A stretch of DNA of 47,736 nt, filler included, from Streblomastix strix (taxonomy: Eukaryota): assembly GCA_008636045.1 (NCBI GenBank). It is 2 parts of 2 records of this genome, joined end to end, with 100 filler letters (N's around TTAATTAATTAA, not from the genome) between each part and the next. Parts side by side here need not be neighbours in the genome. Positions count along the whole stretch, not along the records: positions 23,919 to 47,736 come from SNRW01000258.1; 1 more part is not named here. One strand, given 5' to 3'. The position numbers and the translations under genes are program-made. Under the pieces are notes generated by a model. It had not been told where the DNA came from. It ran no database searches and saw nothing but the letters and a program-made list of their open reading frames with translations. Positions 26,547 through 39,400 of this stretch are shown piece by piece. How positions within the stretch are numbered: position 1 is the first letter of the stretch; each line of letters begins with the position of its first letter.

Positions 26547-27027
26547 CTACAAGAAATTAAATTAAATAAATAGTTATGAATATAAACTATAAAATATATT
26601 TAAATATTTTTAATAGAGAAAATGTATAATTTCAATCTTATTAGAGTTAAATATTGACTTTTTTAAAAATAATTCTGCCTGTGATGTTTCCTTGGCTAAT
26701 AGCATTTTAAATATTATACTTTAAATAAAATATGCTTATTAAATATGCAATATATATCAATTTTATAAATATATTGAATATAATAAACTGGATGAAGAGT
26801 AGAGACTATTTTTCTTTCAATAATGTCAATATTTATGTATACAGTATTTAAATCATATAATATTGAAAATTTGTGTATAAATTGTAACTATTATTAAAAT
26901 ATTAATATATATACTGAGTATAAAAACTTGTATGAAGAGAAAAAAATATAGTGAAATTAAGAGATCCTCTCATAAGCATATTAATTATTTGCTTATATAT
27001 TTGCTATATTTCAGTAAATCGTATTCT

Positions 27028-29076
27028 TCACCATTAAATTGCCTTCATATTCAAGACCTAATCTATTGTTGGAGTTGTAATTTTTTTCAATGAATGAACA
27101 ATGCAATATGTATCTTCATAATGCATGTTTACCTTATAAATATGCAAAATAAAACTAATTACCTCATAAACAAAAAACTATTCATACAATAAAACGCATT
27201 TTTTCTTTTATCCCTGAAACATAGACTGGCTGTTGAATGTAGTTAATAAAGAGAGTAAGAGTTCCTTTCTCACAATCAAGTTCAAGTCTCACAATCTGAT
27301 TATCCTTAAATCCTGCATTGCCATATGTACTTAATGCTTTATGATATGCTCTTTAACTTTATCAATTAAAAGATATAAAAAATAAAAGAAAAAAAAAACT
27401 ATTAAACCTCGACGAAAAGCAGGCAATACTTTAATTATCTAAAATTTGTGTATATATAAAAATTAAGAAATAATTAATAAATGATAAGATTTAATATATA
27501 AACGTTGAATGTGACCAGGATCAGCACCAGCAGGGAAATTATATAAAGCTCGAACCGTACCAATGACAGATGACCCTATAAAAAAATAATTATTTAATTA
27601 TTATATAAAAATACAAAAAATAATACAAAAATATTCGGAATGAATATTTCCGAACTCCGCTTCCATAGACCAGATCCCATTTTCAAAAATCTAAGACAAT
27701 GAAATTGTATTCTCTTTTTCTTTACTCTTCCTGATTGTCACTTTTCCATCTAAATTTTCCTCAATTTTTACTTCTTCCGGATCTGGATTGATGATTGAAA
27801 TGGGAAAATTAGCATCTAAATGAAAATTGGATAAAAAAATAGAAAAATTAATTAAATATTAAAAATATAATATTAAGCATTTTTAATATAAATATAATAT
27901 ACCTTGGAATTATCTTTGCTTAACAATACAATTATTTTATTCTAATAATTTATTCTTATCTTTCAAAATATTATTCTCATCTTTCAATTTTGAGTTTTCT
28001 TCATTTATTTTTTCTTTCTCTTCTCGAATATGAATCAATTCTTCTTTCAATCTTAAGTTTTCGAGTTTCTCTTTTTATAATTCTTCATTTATTTATTTTG
28101 ATGAAGAAGATGATGTTATTCCTTATTCTCTCAAAACTGCCAATAAATTCTTGATTTTATTCTTTGTTTTATTTTCTCCATTGTTTTTCATATCTTCAAG
28201 AATTGGAATAAGAATTGAAAGTGAATCTAATTTTTCATCTCCTTCTGACGATGATACAATTTTCATCAAAATATCAATAAGTGAAGTTTTGATAAAATTT
28301 GATGTTGATTATTCATTTTATGATGAAGATGATTATTATTTTATATCTTATGTTCCATTTGCCAATGAACGAAGAACAAGTTCAGAAAATCCAGTTGAAA
28401 GTAGTGAATTTCTGATTTCTGAATTTTCTTCAATTAATTCACAAAGTGCTTTGCTTCCTGCTTTTGAAAGTCATTCATCATTCGTCTGACCATAAAAATG
28501 AATATAATCAAATTTGAATATAATAATTATAATATTTAATATTCATACATGAATCATCACTATTAGCGGTTCTGTTGCTGCATACGCAAGAATAGTTTTA
28601 TCTTAATCACTTTCTCTTACACCAATTAAATGCAAGATCGTTGAGCTCAAAGCCTACAATCAAATAATATCTTAATTTGGTGAATGAATTATAATAAAAT
28701 AATAAATATATGACTCACTAGATTCTATATTTTATATGAATTTGTTAAAAACTTAAATCAATTTGTGTTGTAAAACTAATTCTTAACTTCCAGGCTCTGA
28801 AAAATAAATAAGAAAAATAAATAATAAAGAAAATTAAATAAAAAATATGACAAATATATAATACCATTAAGTACAAAATCAAGAATCTGTTTCAGTACAG
28901 GAATATGGAGATTTGTATCTGCTTGTTCGAGTTAGGCAATTAAACGTAGTATATCAATCTGAAAAAGTAAAACAGCAATTAATTATAAAGAATTTAAATA
29001 ATCAAACAGCTCCATCAACTGCTACAATACTAGTATATGACGTAGGTCTAGAAACTCGCAGCGATATATCTTCCAT
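27028..29076 (-). CDS. ARM-like + coiled-coil + SPRY/B30.2-like protein, copy 3, with in-frame TGA at 28471-28473 and a non-GT donor at 28707 (possible pseudogene)
   Basis: MEDISLRVSRP...ALSSTILHLIGVR...AATEPLIVMIHTNDE*LSKAGSKALCELIEEN...FPISIINPDPE...GNAGFKDNQIVRLELDCEKGTLTLFINYIQQPVYVSGIKEKMRFI...MKAIQW*. Confidence 0.78.
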
Positions 29077-29608
29077 TTCTTCAAAAAAAAGTAAAAAAAA
29101 AAAAAAAATTTGCTTTTTATAATTAAGAAGATAATAAATTTTATATATTGGAATGAAAAATTGTTAATTTATGTAATAAAATAATGTTTAATAAGAAATT
29201 AATATAAATTCTTGTTTTAACTAATGGATAATCAGAAATTTCAAAAAAAAATTGTTTCAGAGCAATTTATTAGTTCAATTCAACATAATAATGGGAGGAA
29301 AGTGTAAAATTAATTGAAATAAATAATAATTTACATTATTTATAAACTTATTAAATTTATAATTTGGATTTACCGAGAAAAAATGAATTTTTATAGATAT
29401 TTCGATTTATCAATGTAAAATGAATTTTGAATTCAACAAATATGCAATTATTGAAGCATGCACACTATCATATTATTTTTTTTAAAAAAAGATTGTAGGT
29501 AAATTTGGAGAAATTAACAAGAAAATTTTCAATTTTTCAAATTATGAATTAATAAATAAAAATTAATACAATAAATTTCATTTCAATTATTTATTGATAC
29601 ATTTCAGT

Positions 29609-31039
29609 TCACGACTAATCCGATTCAGAATTAAGAGACCTGTATTTAGCTGAAGACTCTTAATCGTCAGATTCATCAACTCTTCTTCTCTTATTCCCAT
29701 TACCTTCATTATTTACTGGTGTTTAACCCTCTGTTTCCTCATCTGAGAAAATATCATCATTCTCATCACTGCCCTATATATCTTAGTCTTATATTGCATC
29801 TTATCTGCCTTCATTCATCTGAGCTTCATTATATTATTATCCATTAATATTAGATTTTTTATTATTATTATTATTATTATTATTCCTTTTACGTTTAACA
29901 GGTGCATTCAAATCTAATTCATCTTCACCTTCAGTAATTATATCTCCATTATCTGAGTCTAAGAAAGATGAATGTCTGGATGAAGTAACTGATTATGTAT
30001 TCTGATCTTTCTTCTCTACATTGATATCATCCAACCATTCAATTCCTTCATCTTAATTGTTATTAATCTCTGATTATTATTGTTGTTATTATTGTTACAA
30101 TTGTTATTACTATAACAATTATTATTATTTGTTTTCTATTTCAATTTATTTCAGTCTCAATCTTTCGGATTTAGGGACTCCTGCACCTTGAATTAATTAT
30201 CCAAATTGTTCATAATTTGGGAAATAATCAACATCTGTAGAAGAATTTGCATCATTATTGCTTTATTGTTTATTATTTTCTATATTAATTGGAGGAAGGC
30301 TTATTTTCTTTGGTTAAGATTTAGCATGTTTACGCTTTTTATAGTGCGATTTTCTGGGATTTTTAACCTTAATTTATTTCTTAGAAGACTTATTCTATAA
30401 TTATGGTTATTCTTATGATGTATCAGTATTTAATATTGATGAAATGCCTCGTGGATTTCTTTCTATTCTGGCATCATCTCCATCTTTAGGTTATGAGATC
30501 CAATCAACTTCAGATTAATGATCCTGATTCTCAACTAAGTTATCGGTTTATAATTATTTATTTATCAATTAATTCTCATTATCATCATTTTATTAGATGC
30601 TCTTAGTTATATTTGGCTTAACAATCTTCTATTACTATTTAACATTCTGTAATTGAACTTTACGCTTAGGTGTAAATCTTCTAACTCTTTTTATTCTGTG
30701 TTGTTACTTATTCTTTTCCTAAGAATTTGTTTGTGAAACATCAATTGAAGGATTCACTTCATCAATAATGTCCTAATCAAATGATTCATTTGAGTCTGAT
30801 AATAGAGGAGATTATTCTGGTGAATGAACGAGTGAATTCTGGTCATTAGATGCTTTTTGTGATGAATTGTGTTATGGTATGCTTTATGGCTGAATATTGG
30901 TATGTTTATTCTACGATGAAAATTATGGGGATTTTGAATCTTCGGAAATTTTGGCGGTCTCTGCTTATGCTGTTGTAATTTGCTGTGATTAATTAACTAA
31001 TGGTGGAATATTCTGATTCAAACTAAGTTAATTCTGCAT
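29609..31039 (-). CDS. Hypothetical low-complexity (Q/N/D/E/K-rich), probably disordered protein, 476 aa, single coding exon
   Basis: Uninterrupted frame from MQNQLSLNQNIPPLV to ...SESDQS* with TAR=Q. It contains basic clusters (KRVRRFTPKRK, KKRKHAK, KRKR, KRRR) but no domain I recognise. Confidence 0.75.
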
Positions 31040-32107
31040 TTTCAAGTAAATTGGCTGAATAAATATCAAAATAAAAAATAAATTATAAAAGTTCAAAAAT
31101 TAATACAAATAGTTGAAAACAAACATTCAGTATTTTTAATTAATACTAAGATAATTTTGATTGGAGTTTAAATAAAAATATAATTCTAATCTTAACAATT
31201 TGATTATACTTATTATTCTGAGCAAAAATTGCAATTTAAAGCAAAATTTGTTTGTTACTTTGTTCTTGAGTATTTACACAACAATAATTATTTATAATGG
31301 TACATAAATAATGTTATATATCATTAGCTTAATTTAAGAAGTAAAATTTAGAATAAAAATATTTAAATATGGAATAAAAACAAAAATAAAATAAAAATTT
31401 AATATCTTAATTTATAGTGTACACTTTGAATAATAATTGAAAAATTCAAACAAATAGCCATAAATTAAATAAAATATAAGAAGAATAAAGTGTAAAATTT
31501 TTGTGGGCAGCCGATAAAACGATTAAATCTATGGAACGTGATTTTCTCGTTGTAAATTTAATTTTATTGTAATATCATATAATTTCTGAACATAATTTTC
31601 ATGTTTGTATTATATTAGTATATTTTATAGCAATAATTACTAATTTCCCAAGAAAATAACTTACTAAAGCTCTTCATCTATAACTGCGACATATTATTCT
31701 AACTTAAATATCTAAATATAATTAAAACTAATATTATATAGTTATATTTATATTTTCAACAACAGTACATGGTTGAAACTCCTCAAAACAAAACAAAATC
31801 CTTATATAATATTTAATCGCTTATAATTAATGATATACGGAGAATAACCGCTTAAAAATTAGCTCGTATGAACCATATTTTTTTATTATATTGAATCAAA
31901 TGATCTACGCTATTTAAATTGCTAATAATAAATTCAAATATAAATAATAATTCTAATTTTTTTGAAATGGTTGAGAAAAGACCTATCAGAGAGACTGTTG
32001 AAGTGAATGATTAAGAAAACAAAAGATCAAATAAAATATTAATCAATTAGAATAAATTATTATATAGATTATTGTCATTGTTGAGTTATTGCATAACCAT
32101 GAATACT

Positions 32108-35100
32108 TCACCATTTAACTTCTTTTTCATTTTGTAATTCTTTAGCAGTTGGAGCAGCAATCCTTCTAAGTGAGCGAATAATGCAAGATGATCCTTCAGT
32201 ATTCATAGAGAACTAAAATTATATTAAAGGTTGATTATAATAAAAATAATAAGGGCTTATTTTCTTAAACAATAAATACTATAAGCATACTATAAAACGA
32301 ACTTTCTCTCTTATTCCACTAAAATATACTGGTTATTGCACGTTGTTGATGAAGAATGTTAGATTTCCATTGTCTGAATCAAGTTCTAATCTAATAATCT
32401 AATTATCTTCATATTTCTCATTGCCTTCATATCCTTTGCTTTTATACCAAATAGAATATGTATGTCCTCTAAATAAAAGAAATCATAAGATAGAAAGAAA
32501 AATAAATAAATAAATTTGATTATATAATAAATGCAAACTTTCCTCCATAGTAAGCAATGTTCTGTGTGTCTAATAATGAAAATTTTGTTATTTAAATATG
32601 AAATCAAATAAAAAAAGATTGCAAACGAGGATTAAGTCCAATGGAACTTCCAGCAGGTATTATATATGAATCTTTCACAATACCAATCTCTGAATTTTAG
32701 AGTTTAAAATAAGTCCAGTTTATTGTAAAAAATAAATTATCTTACCTCCGCAAATATTTTAACAATTTTAGAATACAACATCAATTTGCCAAATCCCATA
32801 CTCGAGAACTTGAGTTAAAGATGCTGCACTCCATTTTGTTTGTTTCTTGATTATCTTCTTCTGAATTCCATCAATATCAATAATTTCAAAATCTGACGAA
32901 TCAGGATTGATTATTTAGATGGGAAAGTCTATTATATTAAAAATAATAATATATATTAATTATTAATATTATATAAATTATTATATCAATTAATACCACG
33001 AGGAGGCTTTAACCCAGTTTTTTCAATCTCTAATTTTAATCTTTAAATCTCTCTATCAAATCTATCTTTATCTCTTTATCTTTCTGATTCCATTCTATGC
33101 ATTCTTTCTTCATATTCATTTACTCTTCTTTTGTCTCTTTCATTTTCTATTTGACTATTATGCAACTTTCTTTCTACTTCATCTGTTCTCCTCTATAACT
33201 CTATTTATGATTGTTTTTACTTTTCAATTTCTTGTTATAAGACATCTTTTTCTTACTACACAATTTCAACTTATGCTTCAAAAAGTCTCGAAACTTCTTC
33301 TGCTTCATCAATTCTTCTTTTTTATCTTTCCATTTCTTTTATTTCATTTTGCTTTTCTAATTCAATGTTATGAGATTATTATTCTATTTCTTCTGATCTA
33401 CTCTTCCATCTTTCTTTTTCATCCTTTTCTTTTTTTATTTATTCATTTTATTACTCAGTCAAATCTCTCAATCTTTGTATTTCATCTTCTTTAATTCTCT
33501 TTTCATTCTCAATAACCTAAATTTCATCTTCAAACTTCTCCTCTCCAATCTTCTCCTTCAATCGAACTATTTCATATTAAATTGATTCATTCTCTCTTTT
33601 CAATTGTTGTTTCTCTCCTTCAATTCTTCCTTTCTCAATTTCTGCTTCAATTCTTCTTCTTTCTTCTTCTTTTGCTTTGACTTATTCTCTTTCCAAAATT
33701 TACTATTGTTTTTCATATTCTTCTGTTTTTATCTTTATTTCATTCAAAACAACTTCAATTCTTTCTTATAATTCAATATTTGCTTAATCTGCTTATTCAA
33801 CACGTTTGATTATTTTCTCTTTTTCTTCTTTTTCTGTTTTTTATTATAATATTGCTTCTTATTTTTGAATCTCCCTTTCAACAATTTCAGTTCGATCTTA
33901 TTAAATTTACTACTCCAATTCTAATTGCAAATGGATAATCCTATTTTCATATTTCTGTCTCATATTATCTTTTTCTTATACTTCAGCATCAAACTATATT
34001 TAATACACTCTTCTGTTCTCTGTTTCTAAATTGAGGTCTTATTTAATCATCTCTTTTTCTTTTTTAAGATTCTCATTCTCACGAATTAATTTGCCAATGT
34101 CATTCTCAACTTTCCTTCTCCTTTCAATTTCTACTTTTTCATTCTCTTCTGACTACTTCATCTTTTTATTTGCAATTTCATTGTCTTCTTATGCAAATTA
34201 CAAATCCAACACAGATTTCCTCCTTTCTTCTTCTTTCTTATCCAACATTACATTCAACTCTCTTTGTCTTTCTAAGGCTTTTCTCTTATCTTCTTAACTA
34301 ATTCTCAATTGATTCTCAATTTCTAATCTTTTCTCTTCTTCTTATTTGTACAGTGTTTCATATCGATCTCCCCTTTCTTTCTCCATTTCTAATTCTATTT
34401 AATGATTTTGTTGTTTTTCTTCTGTTTCTTTCTTTGTTTATTTAAATATTTCAAGTTATTTTTCTATTTGAGCACATTTTATATCTTTTATTCGGAGTTA
34501 TGTTTCTGTGTTCGTAAGTTTTTCTTCTAATTCTTACTCTTTTTATTTCATAATGTCTTATTCAATCTTCAAATTATCCTCCATTTATTTCAATTCTTAA
34601 TTTAATTATTCCCTTAATTTTGTCCATTCTTCTTCATTTTTCTGTTTTTATTCACTAAAATTCTGATTAATTCTTTCGATTTCTATCTTATGTTTTTATT
34701 CTAATTATTCTTTGTCCTATTACATTTTGTCTTTCAAAAATGTAAATTCTTCCTCTATTTTCTATTTTTCTTCAATTAAATTCTTATAAATTTATTTCTA
34801 TTCATTTTGACATTTTTATTCAATATTTACTACCTCTATAGCATATTTTTCTTTCAATTTTTCAATTTCTTCTTAATTTTTCTGTTATTCAATTTTGGCT
34901 TTTTCTTCTCCTTTCTGTTTTTCTTCGTGAAATTTCCTCAATTAATTTTCACATGTCAACAATTTCTGAGTTGTTTCAATCAAATTAATTTCCATTTCTG
35001 AAGATTTTTCTCTTTCTTTCATTTCTTCCTCTCTAGCAAAGTTCAATTAGTTTTCAAGTGCAACAATCTTTTATTAGGCAGTTGCTGTTTTTCTTTCTGA

Positions 35101-35588
35101 GTCAATTGCTCTTTGTACAGCCTTCTCTTTCTCTTCAAATTCTCTTTTCTATTAATCAATCGCTTCTCTTCTTTTTGTTTCTTCTTCTTCTTTCTTCTTT
35201 GTTGCATTGTTTGCATTCTCTTTTTCAATCTACAATTATTCTTCAAGTTGTTTCACTTGTGTAACAAGTTCTGTTTTCTTAATTCTCTCGATCTGAAGTT
35301 ATTCTTCTGCTTATATCATACGTACTTTATCTTTCTCATGCTCATCTTTTTCGTCTCGAAGATGTTTTTCTATTATATCAACATTATCTAAAATTTTAAT
35401 CTCAGATGTTTCCATCTCTTTCTTTAGCAACTCATATTTTTCTTATAAAACTCGGAAATCATCATTTTTCTTTGTATCAATTTCAACGTTTCCAACAGGC
35501 TATATGAAATTTAATACATAAAAATAATGTTAAAGAATGAATTTAAACAACAGACTTCAACTCCTCCACGAAGACTTCTGAATGTCAT
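32108..35588 (-). CDS. Long coiled-coil (~830 aa) + SPRY/B30.2-like protein, copy 4 (intact)
   Basis: Short first exon MTFRSLRGGVE, then a 2.5-kb E/K/Q/R-rich exon with no TGA. C-terminus: FPIQIINPDSSD...LEYGIWQI...IGIVKDSY.IPAG...GNEKYEDNQIIRLELDSDNGNLTFFINNVQQPVYFSGIREKVRFI...NEKEVKW*. Confidence 0.87.
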
Positions 35589-36432
35589 GCTTGTTCTATG
35601 ACTATAATATGAGTGTGAAGCAAAATTAAATTAAAAATGAGTAATTGTAATTAGGAATTATAATTGCATTAACAAAATGAACGAATGATCAAAATAATTA
35701 GAGAAAAATGAAAAAAAAAATTATTTTCAAAATTAAAATATAGAAAAATGAAAAATTTAAAAATTAATGGTAAAATATTTTAATACATACAATTATAAAT
35801 ATAATTAGGCTATACAATAATTGAATTTAGTTTTATATATTGGATGGTAGCGAATTTTAACAAAAATATTTCATTTGTCGATTACTGAATAAAATTTAGT
35901 TCATGTTTAACCAATTAATATAAAAAAATGTTTTTATGTATTAATAATCAGGGATATAATCATCAACAGAATTTATACACTTGATCACGTACGATGCGCC
36001 ATAAATAAATTTTTTTTTTCAGAGAAATAAGATTCTTGTGGTTGTAAGGATCAAAAAAGGTCTGAAAATATACTTTTACTATAGGATGCACATATAAGCA
36101 ATGAATTTTTTGTTTATCAAACAAATAAGACGATAAGGTAATGAGAAAAATGTAGAACGAAATTCGAAATTTTGTAACCTTTTATTCGGATCAAGCTAAT
36201 ATGAAAGTAATGTTTATTAAAATAAACTGCATCTTTATTTATATATTATTCATTTGTAAGAAGAAGTGCGAATCCCTTTGTGCTTCCTGATCAAATCAAG
36301 CACTTTTGGCAAAATGCCCCTTGAAAATTTAAATATAAGCAAACAAATTAATGGATAATTAAGACAATAGCAATTTAATATAATTGAAATATCTCAATTT
36401 TTCCAAATAAACATTCAAAATAGCATTTATAA

Positions 36433-39400
36433 TCACCAATCATACGAATATTTAGGATCAATTTTGTCTTTTATATCAAAGTATATCTTTTCCAAATACT
36501 TATTTTCATCATCAAGTTTATTTGCTATATAATCTTTTATTTCTTTTTCTGCGTTGCACATCAAGTAATAGAGTATATTTAAAGAATACATGAAGAGATG
36601 TCGATCAATTTCAGATGATGTTGAAGAACTGGACGAAAAAATAGATATTAAATAAAATAATTCAGAATGATGAAAATAATAATAATAAAAAATAATTTAT
36701 TTATTTAACATACATCACACAATTAACAGCTACATCCACAATTTAATGCAAGTTCATATCTTTATAATTTTCTATTCAAATACATAAAAATTAGTATTAC
36801 AATAAATACACTAAAAAAATTATATTAAAAAATTTAACCTTTCTTTTACACTAACAGAACCAAAGCAACTATAATCTATTGTTTATCAGACTGCTCTTAA
36901 ACTTAATCAATTTCATTCAGAAGGTAGTTAGAAAGTATTCTTGAATGAGGAGCTTTCACCCTAATAAAAATAATGAAAAAATAAAACATTAGAAAAATAT
37001 ATTGTAATTAATAATTCTTTATTAGTTTTGAGAAAAAATAATGTCTTTTTTTTATTATATATTTTTATACCATCTATAAGTAAAGGAGCAGAATAATATC
37101 GAACGAAGTCTGTGCTTTTGACTAATAAATGAGAAATAGTAAAATAAATATTAAAATTTATATTATGTCATTTAATCTGTTATTATATTATTATTAACTA
37201 AATGTAAAACCTCAATTCCAAATTATTATGCAGTTCAAATACTCTCTAATCAACTTTAAGCTTCGTTTATTAAAAAATAAAGAAATATTAAATATTTGAT
37301 ATAAATAAAGAAATAAATAATTAACAAAATTTTACCTATTTTATTATAATACATTAAATTAATTATATTTGATTTCATACATTTTAGAATTATACTAAAT
37401 AAGGGTTGGGATAAAAATTTATTACAGTTTTACTTTCATTCTTTTAAAATATATAATAAATAGTATAAAAATGAGAATATGCATAAAAATTGAAAGAAAT
37501 AATAAAAAGTAAATTAAATATAAAAATAATAAATAAATAAATAAATATACCTTTTAATGACCAGCTTTACTGATGTTTAAAAGTGCTGATATACATTACT
37601 AAATAAAACATATTATATAAATAAAATAAGAAAATATATGATTTATTATTCAAAAATATAATAAAATACTTCTTTCACGGGTATTTTTGGAGAGTCAAGA
37701 AGGTTAGAAAGAACATTGATCTATATTAATATTAACATAAGAATATTATATATATTAATAAATTTAAAATTTAATAGATTTTTTTTTCAATTATATTTTT
37801 TCATTTCATTAACATACAAGTCTTTCATTTACCATTTTGTCCATGTTTCTATATGTAGCTTTTGCTAAAATAAATTATAAATAAATATTAATAATTTAAC
37901 AATAGTTTAAATTTTAAATTACATATATAGATATATAATTTAATAACAAAAATATAATAAACAAACCAGTTAAATGAACAAGTATTTCCATATGGTACTG
38001 TCTTATTTCTTTCAGATACACAAGTTGAGAGAGATGAGGTGGGGATAAGAAAGAAGACACGAGTGTTTCTATTCAATAATATATAAGTAAATAAATAATA
38101 AAAATAATGTGAAAAATATTTAGGAAAAATAATAAGTATCTTTATCTAATATTTAATATTAAAAATTATATTATTAATTTCATACATAATAAATCAGATT
38201 CTATAAAATTGTTTGGGGCCTAATCACTAACACAACTTAAATTTAATAATATCTACAAATATTAAATAAAATTAAATAATGCATATATAAATATCTAAAT
38301 AAAACTAATAAAATTATAAATTAATCAGTTTTTCAATTCAATCTCATGTTATCATACTGTTGAATATTTCAGATTTTCGATTGTAGGGAAATGTGGATCA
38401 GGTAAAACTTATTGTATTTTGTTGGTGATGAATTAAACTATATTGAGATCTGAGTAATAAATATAAATTATATATTGAAATAAAAGTATTTATAAAAAGG
38501 AAACTATATTAAAAAGGACTAATAGATAATAATAATTAATAATACAAAATAATTATTATTCTTATATATTATAAAATACCAATCAATTTTGTAGCAATTC
38601 CCTCAGCTAATTCTTTATCAGTAATGTTCAAAAATAGTTAATAAAGATCATCAATAGATGGAATTTCATTTGATTGAATCTTGGAACTAAAATAAACGTA
38701 GTAAATATATAAATGATAATATAATGAAACTAATTTAAGATAATTTCTTCTAATTATTATATTTTTTATTCATTTTCATACTTCACTTTCTAAATTATTT
38801 CATTCAATGCTTCTGGACTCAATTCTTTCTCTTATCCATCAGAAATTCTTCTTTGTTTTTCTAATCTTTATTTTCTGTTTATTTCTTTTTATAGTATTTA
38901 AAATTATTCTTAATATTATTAGTTATTAAATGTTTTGCTTGGATCTACAAGCGACAATGGATTATTTTGAGGGGAAATAAAAACAGGTATTTAATTGATA
39001 TGGAAAGGTTGAGGTTGTTAATTGACATATGAATTATATATAGAAGGAATATGAGGATAATTACTGGTGTATGGTTATGAATTAGATAACGACTTTGGAT
39101 TAGATGGTGAATAAGAGTATTATATCTGTCCTCTCATATTTGAGATTGTTAATTAGTTGTCCTATTGTTAGTTATTCTGAATATTATTAGGAATACTACC
39201 ATCAGAAAGAGGAATTCTAACAACTGGAGGAGTGATATAATTATAAGGAGGCAATTATTAGATCTAATTAATATTATTATTAGGATGTTATTATTAGATC
39301 TAATTAATATAATTATAAGGAGGCTATTATTAGATCTAATTAATATTATAATTAGGAGGCTATTGAATTTAATTAATATTATTATTAGAAGGAGGAGATT

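Noticed and set aside
31040..32107. 1-kb intergenic stretch (also 165-790 and 19350-19978) checked for tRNA, ncRNA or small genes
   Set aside because: I found no cloverleaf, convincing exon chain or repeat structure; isolated CACGT/GTGACAT-like words are too short to call.
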